This document shows, one piece after another, positions 26,688-34,800 of a DNA stretch of 64,000 nt. Both the position numbers and the translations under genes were made by a program. The stretch comes from a virus (taxonomy: Duplodnaviria > Caudoviricetes). The first letter of the stretch is position 1. Each line of letters opens with the position of its first letter. The DNA lies in IMG/VR virus record IMGVR_UViG_2597490183_000004, positions 20,843 to 84,842 of that record. One strand, written 5' to 3'. The notes beneath the pieces were generated by a model. That model was not told the origin of the DNA, made no database searches, and saw nothing but the letters and a program-made list of their open reading frames with translations.

Positions 26688-27548
26688 ATGTCCGTCGCGC
26701 TGTTCAAGCCCCAGATCTGGTCCGCCCAGATCCTGGCCGGTCTGGACGAGGCACTCGTCTACGCGCAGCCCCAGATCGTCAACCGCGACTACGAGGGTGA
26801 GATCACCTCGCAGGGCCAGTCGGTGCGGATCGTCACCATCGGCGACCCGAGCATCTTCCCCTACAAGTCCGGCGACACGATCAACTACGAAGACATCGAC
26901 ACCGCCGGGCTGGACCTGCCCATCGACCAGGGCGACGCGTTCGCGTTCAAGCTCGACGACGTCGACAAGGCGCAGGTCGCCCTCAACCCGATGGCGAAGA
27001 CCACCCAGCGCGCCGCCCGGAAGCTCGCCGCCCAGGCCGACCGGTACGTCGCGTCCCTGTACACCGGGGTCGCCCCGTCCAACGTCGTCGGCTCCTCCGG
27101 CTCCCCGGTCAACATCGCGACGAACCCCAAGGACGCCTGGGACAAGGTCCTCATCCCGCTCCGCACCAAGCTCAACCGGGCCAACGTCCCCGGCATGGAC
27201 CGGTACGTCGTCGTGTCCCCCGAGTTCACCGGGGCGCTCCTCCAGGACGACCGGTTCGTCCGCGTCGACGCCTCCGGCAACGAGCAGGGCCTCCGCAACG
27301 GCATCGTCGGCCGCGCCGCCGGCTTCGACGTCCTGGAGTCCAACGTCACCCCGAACCCCTCCTCCGATACCCAGGTCATCCAGGCCGGCTACCCCGGGGC
27401 GCTCACCTTCGTGGACCAGATCCTGGAGACCGAGGCGCTCCGCCTGGAGTCGACGATCGCCGACGCCGTCCGAGGCCTCCACGTGTACGGCGCGAAGCTG
27501 ATCCGCCCCGAGGGCATCGCCGTCGCCTACGTCGACCCGTCCGCCTGA
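26688..27548 (+). CDS. major capsid protein
   Basis: FKPQIWSA, NRDYEGEI, F.LDDVD..Q, G...GFDV.ESN, D.VRGLHVYG. Confidence 0.9.
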   Translation: MSVALFKPQIWSAQILAGLDEALVYAQPQIVNRDYEGEITSQGQSVRIVTIGDPSIFPYKSGDTINYEDIDTAGLDLPIDQGDAFAFKLDDVDKAQVALNPMAKTTQRAARKLAAQADRYVASLYTGVAPSNVVGSSGSPVNIATNPKDAWDKVLIPLRTKLNRANVPGMDRYVVVSPEFTGALLQDDRFVRVDASGNEQGLRNGIVGRAAGFDVLESNVTPNPSSDTQVIQAGYPGALTFVDQILETEALRLESTIADAVRGLHVYGAKLIRPEGIAVAYVDPSA

Positions 27549-27588
27549 TCCCTCCCACCACCTCGTCGGCGTTCTCTCTGGAGGAATC

Positions 27589-27963
27589 ATGCCGCGCACT
27601 GCTCTCACCCCGACCAACCTCGGCGCCACCGACGTCGCCGACCCGACCGGCACCACGGTCGACTCGACGCTCGTCACGAACGGCGTCGTCATCAACACCG
27701 CCGACCCGTCCCGCACCGTGCTGCGCGTCACGAACTCGGCCGGCTCCACCAAGAAGGTCACCGTCCGCGCCGGCGGCAAGGACGGCCCGGCCTGGATGCG
27801 CACCCAGGGCGACACCGAGGTGTCCGTCGCCGCATCCGGCACCCGGTGGATCGGCCCGTTCTCCGAGGCCCGCTACCTGCAGCACGGCGGGAAGCTGAAC
27901 ATCGACTTCGAGTCCGGTTTCACCGGAACCGTCACCGCGTTCAAGCTCGCCCGGAGCCTGTGA
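27589..27963 (+). CDS. putative capsid decoration/structural protein
   Basis: beta-rich 124 aa directly after capsid gene. Confidence 0.65.
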   Translation: MPRTALTPTNLGATDVADPTGTTVDSTLVTNGVVINTADPSRTVLRVTNSAGSTKKVTVRAGGKDGPAWMRTQGDTEVSVAASGTRWIGPFSEARYLQHGGKLNIDFESGFTGTVTAFKLARSL

Positions 27964-28640
27964 TGGCAGCCCGCGAGTATGTCGGCGCGGGTGGCATGCG
28001 GGTCCTGCTCGACGAGCCCCTCGACCCGATGATGGCCGCCCAGGTCCACCGGGGTGAGCTGCGCCTGGTAGGGGACGGCGACCCGCTGCTGGACCCGGGC
28101 CAGAAGGTGCTGCCGCAGGTCATCCAGCACGGTGCGGACGCCCCCGCAGCAACCCGCGTCGGGAAGAACGTACACGGGGCTGCGGAGAAGCCCGCACCCG
28201 GTGACCACACTGGGGCGTGGGCCACCTACGCGGTGCGCCTCGGGCTGCTCGCCACGAAGGCGTCCACCATGTCCCACCAGCAGCTCCTGGAGTGGGTCGA
28301 CGCCGTCGAGGACACCAACACCGGTGTCGTCGGTGACGCAGGCGAGGGCACCCGAGGCCCGGAGCACGCGAGCGTCGACGGCCGCCCCAGCGAAGCGCGC
28401 GGCGACGTGCACCCGAAGTCGGAGCCCCGGACCTCCCAGGCGCCAGCCGAAGACGGTGACGACGAACCTGCGGCCGATCTACCGAAGAAGCCTGCGGCGA
28501 ACGCCAAGGTTGACACGTGGCGGGAGTACGCCGTCGCCCTGGGCATGGACCCGGACGAGGCGAAGGACGCCACCAAGCAGGAGTGCCAGGACTACGCCCA
28601 GGTCGTCGAGGACGCCCGCGACCCTGAGGGCCAGGAGTAG
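27963..28640 (+). CDS. hypothetical head-region protein with two W..YAV.LG helical repeats
   Basis: WATYAVRLG and WREYAVALG repeats. Confidence 0.65.
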   Translation: MAAREYVGAGGMRVLLDEPLDPMMAAQVHRGELRLVGDGDPLLDPGQKVLPQVIQHGADAPAATRVGKNVHGAAEKPAPGDHTGAWATYAVRLGLLATKASTMSHQQLLEWVDAVEDTNTGVVGDAGEGTRGPEHASVDGRPSEARGDVHPKSEPRTSQAPAEDGDDEPAADLPKKPAANAKVDTWREYAVALGMDPDEAKDATKQECQDYAQVVEDARDPEGQE

Positions 28641-28643
28641 CCG

Positions 28644-29015
28644 GTGCCCTACGCGACTGTCCCCGATCTCGCCGCGTGGCTGGCCCCCGAGCCGGCCCCG
28701 CCGAACGCTGTGCGCCTGCTGACGCTGGCATCGCAGCGGATCGACCGCGCCCTGCTGGGGGCGTGGTACGACCGCTATGACGCCGAGGTTGTGGAGGTGC
28801 TGCGGCAAGCGACGGTCCAGCAGGTGCATTGGATGCTGGACCGCGGCGACGAGACCGAGGCCCAGTCGGACCTGCAGTCGATGTCGACGGGGATCAGGTC
28901 GTTCTCGAAGCGCCCGCTGCGGGACGGGGAGCAGCCGCAGCGGCTGGCCTCGTCCGTCGGGGACCTGTTGCGCACGTGCGGCCTGTTCCGTTTCGATCCG
29001 CTGGTGGTGGGCTGA
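28644..29015 (+). CDS. head-tail adaptor
   Basis: YATVPDL...LL..AS..ID...AT..QV; synteny. Confidence 0.75.
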   Translation: MPYATVPDLAAWLAPEPAPPNAVRLLTLASQRIDRALLGAWYDRYDAEVVEVLRQATVQQVHWMLDRGDETEAQSDLQSMSTGIRSFSKRPLRDGEQPQRLASSVGDLLRTCGLFRFDPLVVG

Positions 29016-29353
29016 TGCCGGGCCACATCGGACGCCAGACCGTGGTGCTCGTTGACGCACCGCTGATCGCCGGGGACTACAACACCGTGGTCCGGGACTG
29101 GGCGCATGCCACCCGAACCCCGGTGTACGGGTGCACCGTCGATTACGTCTCGTCGACGGAGTCCCGTGATGCGAAAGACCAAACGGTCACCGCAGCCCAG
29201 TTGGACATGCCGCGCCGCGCCCCCTGGGTCTCGGAGTGGCAGCGCGTCGAATGGGACGGGCGCACCTGGGAGGTCGACGGGGTGCCGCGCGATGTTCAGG
29301 AGGCCGGCCCGCTGTCGGGGCAGACGGTGCGGCTGCTGGAGGTAGCGGGATGA
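29015..29353 (+). CDS. head-tail stopper/closure protein
   Basis: RVEWDGRTWEVDG.P; synteny. Confidence 0.75.
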   Translation: MPGHIGRQTVVLVDAPLIAGDYNTVVRDWAHATRTPVYGCTVDYVSSTESRDAKDQTVTAAQLDMPRRAPWVSEWQRVEWDGRTWEVDGVPRDVQEAGPLSGQTVRLLEVAG

Positions 29354-29685
29354 CCACCATCCGCATCGACCTCGACGAGGACGCCATCGCCGGGCTGGCC
29401 CTGCACCCCGATGTGCAGGCCGACATGGCGGCCCGCGCGGACGCCGTGGTCGGGGTGGCAAAGCTGACCGCCCCGGTCGACACGGGCCTGTACCGGGACA
29501 CCATCCACCGCGTCGAACGCCCCGACCCGGACACGGGTGCGGTCCACGTGGACGCCCCGGTCCACTACGCGATCTACGTGGAGTACGGCACCCGGCAGAC
29601 CGACCGGAACGGCCGCCGAATCCATCTGCCCCGGCACGTGCTGGGCAACGCTCTCGACGCCGCAGGAGGCGACCACCATGTCTGA
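29350..29685 (+). CDS. HK97 gp10-like neck protein
   Basis: APVDTG.YR..I, YA.YVEYGT. Confidence 0.8.
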   Translation: MTTIRIDLDEDAIAGLALHPDVQADMAARADAVVGVAKLTAPVDTGLYRDTIHRVERPDPDTGAVHVDAPVHYAIYVEYGTRQTDRNGRRIHLPRHVLGNALDAAGGDHHV

Positions 29686-29890
29686 CCCCAGCACCGTGAA
29701 GATGCGCCTGACCTTCTGGCGTGGCGACAAGAAGCCCGGCGACACCGTCGACGTCCCCGCCGACGAGGTCCACCGCTGGAAGGGCTTCGCCGAAGTCGTC
29801 GACCACAAGAAGGCCGACGACGCCGCCAAGACCGCCGGGGAGAAGAACCCGACCACCGGCAGCCAGCCGCAGAAGGCCGCAGGCAAGTAG
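29678..29890 (+). CDS. small structural-region protein
   Basis: AGGAGG RBS; KPGDTVDV. Confidence 0.6.
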   Translation: MSDPSTVKMRLTFWRGDKKPGDTVDVPADEVHRWKGFAEVVDHKKADDAAKTAGEKNPTTGSQPQKAAGK

Positions 29891-29892
29891 CC

Positions 29893-30324
29893 ATGGCCGA
29901 GCTGCTGGTCCTCCCTGACGGCAAGAAGGTCGCCATTGACCTTCTCGACCTTGACATGCCCGATGCCTACGTGGCGTCAAAGCTCCCCGAGGGCAAGGCG
30001 CTCAACGCCAAGCTTCCGGCGGTCAGGGTCCTGCGCCTCGGCGGCACCAGCACCATGCGCGGCTGGTCCGACCCGGCCACCACCGACCGGCCCCGGCTCT
30101 CCATCGACTGCTACGCCGCCGACGAGGGTGCGGCCATGCGCCTCGCCCTCCGGGTCTGCGCCCTGTGGGAGCTGTTCCCCGGCCGGTCCACCGAGGACGG
30201 CATCGTCAGCGCCATCTCGCAGGAGACCGGCCCGCAAGACCGACCCGAAGAGGCCAACACCGGCATAGCCCGTGTCGGCATGATCCTGGGGATGAGCGTC
30301 CGCCCACCCCTCCCGAACAGCTAG
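29893..30324 (+). CDS. tail terminator protein
   Basis: V.V.RLGG...DRPRLSIDCYA; precedes tail tube gene. Confidence 0.75.
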   Translation: MAELLVLPDGKKVAIDLLDLDMPDAYVASKLPEGKALNAKLPAVRVLRLGGTSTMRGWSDPATTDRPRLSIDCYAADEGAAMRLALRVCALWELFPGRSTEDGIVSAISQETGPQDRPEEANTGIARVGMILGMSVRPPLPNS

Positions 30325-30334
30325 GAGGCCCGTC

Positions 30335-30925
30335 GTGGGCGACTCGTCAGAAATCATCGTCGGCACAGCGGGCAAGGCCTACGCAGCCGAAGTCGGCGCA
30401 ACGTTCCCCCTTGGCCCCGAGCTGGCCTGGGGCGTGGACTTCACCGACATGGGGTTCATCACCCCGGACGGCCTGGAGGAGGCCCTGGCCGAGGAGCGCA
30501 CCCAGCTCGACGCCTGGGGCGAGGACGCCCCCGTGGTGGACCTCGCGAAGAAGAGGCCGCAGACGTTCAAGCTCACGTTCCGGCAGACCAACGCCCGACT
30601 GCTGTCCCTGTACTACCAGGTGCGGATGGCGAACATGACCAGCACCCCGGCAGTGACCGGGCCGCCCGCGAAGAAGCAGTTCATCAGCTTCGGATCCGGC
30701 TCGGTCACCGACACGGTCGAGATCGCCCTGGGCCTGGACGTCATCTACGGCGGGAAAAGGCACCGCATCATGATCGCCCGATGCGGTGTCACCGACCGGG
30801 GCGCCCGCAAGCACTCGGCGGACGACAGCTCGAACTTCGAGCTCACCTTCACCGCCCTCGCCGCCCCGGGTGGCGCCCAGGCTGTCCAGCACATGATCAC
30901 CGACGTGGCGCTGCCCGAGGACTAA
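30335..30925 (+). CDS. major tail tube protein
   Basis: F.DMGFITPDG, AWG, FELTFTA. Confidence 0.85.
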   Translation: MGDSSEIIVGTAGKAYAAEVGATFPLGPELAWGVDFTDMGFITPDGLEEALAEERTQLDAWGEDAPVVDLAKKRPQTFKLTFRQTNARLLSLYYQVRMANMTSTPAVTGPPAKKQFISFGSGSVTDTVEIALGLDVIYGGKRHRIMIARCGVTDRGARKHSADDSSNFELTFTALAAPGGAQAVQHMITDVALPED

Positions 30926-31027
30926 CCCCCGACTGGTGGTCCGTCGCGCTCAATCCCTGGGCGGGGGCGGCACGACGGGCCACCTGCAAGCCCCCGCCTG
31001 CCCCTGCCCAAGTAAGGAACCCACACC

Positions 31028-31441
31028 ATGTCCAAGCCCAACCGCAAGGTCATCCGCCTCCAGCAGATGCGCGCCCAGCGCGCCTCCGCTCAGAAGCTCC
31101 AGTTCCTCGACGTCGTCTTCGAGAACGCCGAAGGGGTCGAAGAGACCTGCACCTTCCCCGTGCAGGACAACTGGCCCCTTGAGGTCATCGAGGAGGTCGA
31201 GGAGAAGGGCGGCAACGCCAACCTCAACGTCCTCCGCGAGATCGCCCGGCCGAAGGAGGCCTTCGACCGGCTGGTGTCCGGCGCCAAGCTCACCGTCGGC
31301 GAACTGAAGGACATCCTCGACGAGATGGGCGAGGAGGCGGGCACTACCCAGGGGGAAGGCTCTGGCTCCTCCAGCTCCTCCGAGAGCATCCAGGAGCCGT
31401 CCGCGCCGACATCCAGCGCTACTACCCCGGCCGCCGCCTAG
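31028..31441 (+). CDS. tail assembly chaperone G
   Basis: between tail tube and tape measure genes; contains slippery site. Confidence 0.8.
   Translation: MSKPNRKVIRLQQMRAQRASAQKLQFLDVVFENAEGVEETCTFPVQDNWPLEVIEEVEEKGGNANLNVLREIARPKEAFDRLVSGAKLTVGELKDILDEMGEEAGTTQGEGSGSSSSSESIQEPSAPTSSATTPAAA
31351..31357 (+). other. -1 programmed ribosomal frameshift site GGGGGAA
   Basis: -1 frame open from 31351 (GGRLWLLQLLREHPGAVRADIQRYY...) to stop 31848. Confidence 0.85.
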
Positions 31442-31848
31442 AGGAGTTCTGGGCCATGTCCTGGGGCGAAGGGTCCATGAACTGGGCCGAACTCCGCGAC
31501 CTGGTCCAACACCTGCCCGAGGACTCCGCGACGAAGGCGGCCACCTCTGGGGACGTGGAGGGCCGTCGCTGGACGCAGAGCACCTACCTGCAAGCCGCCC
31601 AGTACAACGCTCTCCTCCTCATGATCCGGGTCCTGTGGGCCGCCCACCTCAAGGGCGACCCGCCGGACATGCCACCTGTCGAGTCGCCAGCCACGGAGGT
31701 CGATGAGCGGCAGGCCGAACTTGAAGCCGCCGGAATCGCCTACTCCGAGGCAGTCCTCAACCAGTTCTCACCCGGCACCCAGACCGATCAAGCGGAGATC
31801 GACCACTGGGCCAGCAAGCTCCGCGAACTCGAAGCAGCAGCACCGTAG
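31351..31848 (+). CDS. tail assembly chaperone GT frameshift extension
   Basis: ADIQRYY...W.EL..LV.HLP.DSA motif. Confidence 0.8.
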   Translation, partial: GGRLWLLQLLREHPGAVRADIQRYYPGRRLEEFWAMSWGEGSMNWAELRDLVQHLPEDSATKAATSGDVEGRRWTQSTYLQAAQYNALLLMIRVLWAAHLKGDPPDMPPVESPATEVDERQAELEAAGIAYSEAVLNQFSPGTQTDQAEIDHWASKLRELEAAAP

Positions 31849-31862
31849 GAGGGGAGGGCAGC

Positions 31863-34800
31863 ATGGCCGAGCCGACACTCGTCGGATCCACCCGGGTCTC
31901 ACTCATTCCGGACACATCCAGCTTCGGCGACCGGCTCCGCATCGAGCTGCCCTCCGCGATCCGCCAGCCCGCCAAGCTCGCCGGAGAAGTCGCCGGAGAC
32001 CAGATCCTCGACGGGATCCGCCGGAAGCTCGCGGCTGCTACCCCCACTGTGCGGGTCGGTGTCGACCTCCTCACCACGGTGGCTGAGGCCAAGCTCACCA
32101 AGCTGACCAAGACGCGCACGGTCAAAATCACCGCCGAGCTGGACGACAAGGCCGCCACAACGGCGCTGACCCGCCTCACCCGAGACCGCACGGTGAAGGT
32201 CCGAGCCGAGCTCGATGACACCGCGGCGCGCGCCGGGCTGGGCAGGCTCACGGACCAGCGCACCGTGAAGGTCACTGCCCAACTCGACGACACGGCGGCG
32301 AAGGCGGCGCTCGGGAAGCTGAACGCCGACCGCACCGTGAAGATCACAGCGCAGGTCGACGACACCGCCGCCAAAGCGAAGCTCGCCGGGTTCGGGCAGA
32401 CCACCGTCGACATCGTCGCCAAGATCAACGATGCGGCGTACAAGCGAGTCGAGAAAGCCCTCGCCAAACTCACCGCCGACCGCTTTGTGCAAATCCGCGC
32501 CACCCTCGACACCCGGGTCGCCGCCAACGAACTCCGCGGCCTCACCCAGCGGCAGCGGGTCCGTATCGGTGTCGACGTCGACACCCGGGTAGCCGCGGAC
32601 GACATCGCCAACCTCACCCGCCGCCGCACCGCACGCATTACCGCCCGCGCCGACACCGCCAGCGCCGCCACCGCGCTCACCACCCTCACCCGCGACCGGG
32701 TCACTAACGTCCGTGTCCGCACTGTCGGACTGTCCGCGCTCACCGGCTCTCTCGCATCCCTGGGGTCCGCGAGCGGAAGCGGCGGTGGCCTCGGCCGGCT
32801 CTCCGGCGGCATCGGGTCACTGGCCGCCGCAGCAGTTCTTGCCCTGCCGCAGATCGCCTCCCTCGGGTCAGCTGTCGCTCAGCTCGGGCCGCTGGCTGCC
32901 GTGGCTGCCCCTGGCGTGCTGACCCTGGCCACCGCGTTCGGCGCGATCAAGCTGGGCACGTCCGGGGTCGGCGACGCCATCAAGGCGGCGTTCAGCCCCG
33001 CGCCGGCCGAAGCGAAGGCCGCGGTCACTGCGACCCGGCAGGTCGAAACCGCTCAGCGCTCCCTCGCCAACGCGCAGCGCGGTGTCGCCGACGCCGAACG
33101 CAACCTGTCCCAAGCCCAACGCACCGCCCGGCAGGCCCAACAGGAACTGTCCGCTGCCCGCAGGCAAGCCGCCCGCGACCTGGAGGACATGAACCAGCGC
33201 CTCCGCCAAGGCGCACTCGACCAGAAGCAGGCCGCACTCGACATCGAGCAGGCCGAACTCGACCTCGCGAAAACCCGCTCCGACCCCACCGCCACCCAGC
33301 TGCAGATCCAGCAGGCCAACCTTTCCCTGGAGCGGGCGCGGGCCGCGGCTGAGGAGCAGTCCCGGCAGCAGAAGCGCCTTCAGGTAGACACCGCCGCCGC
33401 GAACAAGGCCGGGGTCGCTGGCTCCGACGCGGTGGTGCAGGCGCAGGAACGAATCCGGTCGGCCAACGAGCAGGTAGCGGACCAGCAGCGTGGTCTGGTC
33501 GACGCCCACCGCGCTGTCGCCGACGCCACCCGGGCCGTTGCGGACGCCCAGCAGAACGCCGCCACGCAAACCACGAAGCTCGACGACGCCATCTCGAAGC
33601 TCAGCCCCAACGCCCGCGGGTTCGTGAACACCCTCCAGGCCATGGCGCCGGCGTGGCGGGCCATGAAACTCGACGTGCAGGACGCCCTCTTCGCAGGACT
33701 CGGCAGTCGGCTCCAGGCCGTCGGCGGGCGGATTCTGCCTACCGTCCGGGCCGGGTTCGTCGGCGCCGCAGGCGAGCTCAGCGATATGGCGAAGAACGCC
33801 CTTACCGCTGTCGCCACCCTGGAACGCACCGGGCAGCTCAAAGGCACGTTCGACGTCATCCGCAACGGGCTCGGGAACCTCAACCGCATCCCCGGCCAAG
33901 TCCTCACCGGTCTGTCGCAGCTCACTATCGCCGCTGGCCCCGCCTGGGACCGGATCACTGCCGGTGCGGGCGAGGCCATGGACCGGGTCATGGGCAAGCT
34001 CGCCAAGGGCTTGGAGAACGGCAAGCTTGAGGAGGCCATCAACACCGCCCTCGACATCGCCGTCCAGTTCGGCGGGGTGCTGGCGGACCTCGGCGGCATC
34101 ATCAGGAACGTCTTCGGCGCCGCCGCTGATGGGGGCGGCGACTTCTTCGCCATCATCGGATCCGCCCTGGCAGAGATCCGCCGGGTTACCGCCCTGCCCG
34201 AAGTGCAAGATTCACTAAAGGCGATCTTCTCCGCCGTTCAGGCAGTGGCCGGGCTCCTCGCCGGGGCGCTCGGCGACGCCATCCAAGCAGTCCTGCCGGT
34301 CCTCGCCGCCCTGGCGCCCTCGGTGACGCAGGTCGCGAAACTCCTCGGCCCCGCCGTCTCCGACCTGTTCGCGACGCTGGGGGAGGCGCTTCTTCCTGTC
34401 GCCGAGGCCCTGGGTCCGGTTCTGGTGGTGGCCGCCCAGGCGGTCATCGCTCTGGTCAAGGCGGTGTCGCCGCTGCTCCCTGTCCTCGGGAAGTTGATCG
34501 GGGACCTGCTGCCGCTGGTCACTCCGATCTTCGACATGCTGGTGACCGTCTTCAACGCCCTGGCACCGGTCATTGCGCAGATCGCCGCCCAACTCGGCCC
34601 GATCCTCACACCCATCATTGAGGGCCTGGCCGCGGTCATATCCGAGCTGGCGCAGCAGTTCGCCGCCCAGTTCCTGAACCTCCTCCAGCAGCTGCTGCCG
34701 GTTCTGCCGATGCTGATCCCGGCGTTCATCCAGCTCGGCCAGGCCATCGGGCAGATCCTGTTCGCCCTGGCCCCGTTGCTGCCGCAGTTGCTGCTGCTCA

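Noticed and set aside
31456-31848. Independent gene starting at ATG 31456
   Set aside because: Better explained as the -1 frameshift extension of the tail chaperone
32115-32400. Regularly spaced repeats as a CRISPR array
   Set aside because: In-frame degenerate coding repeats inside the tape measure gene, no unique spacers, no cas genes
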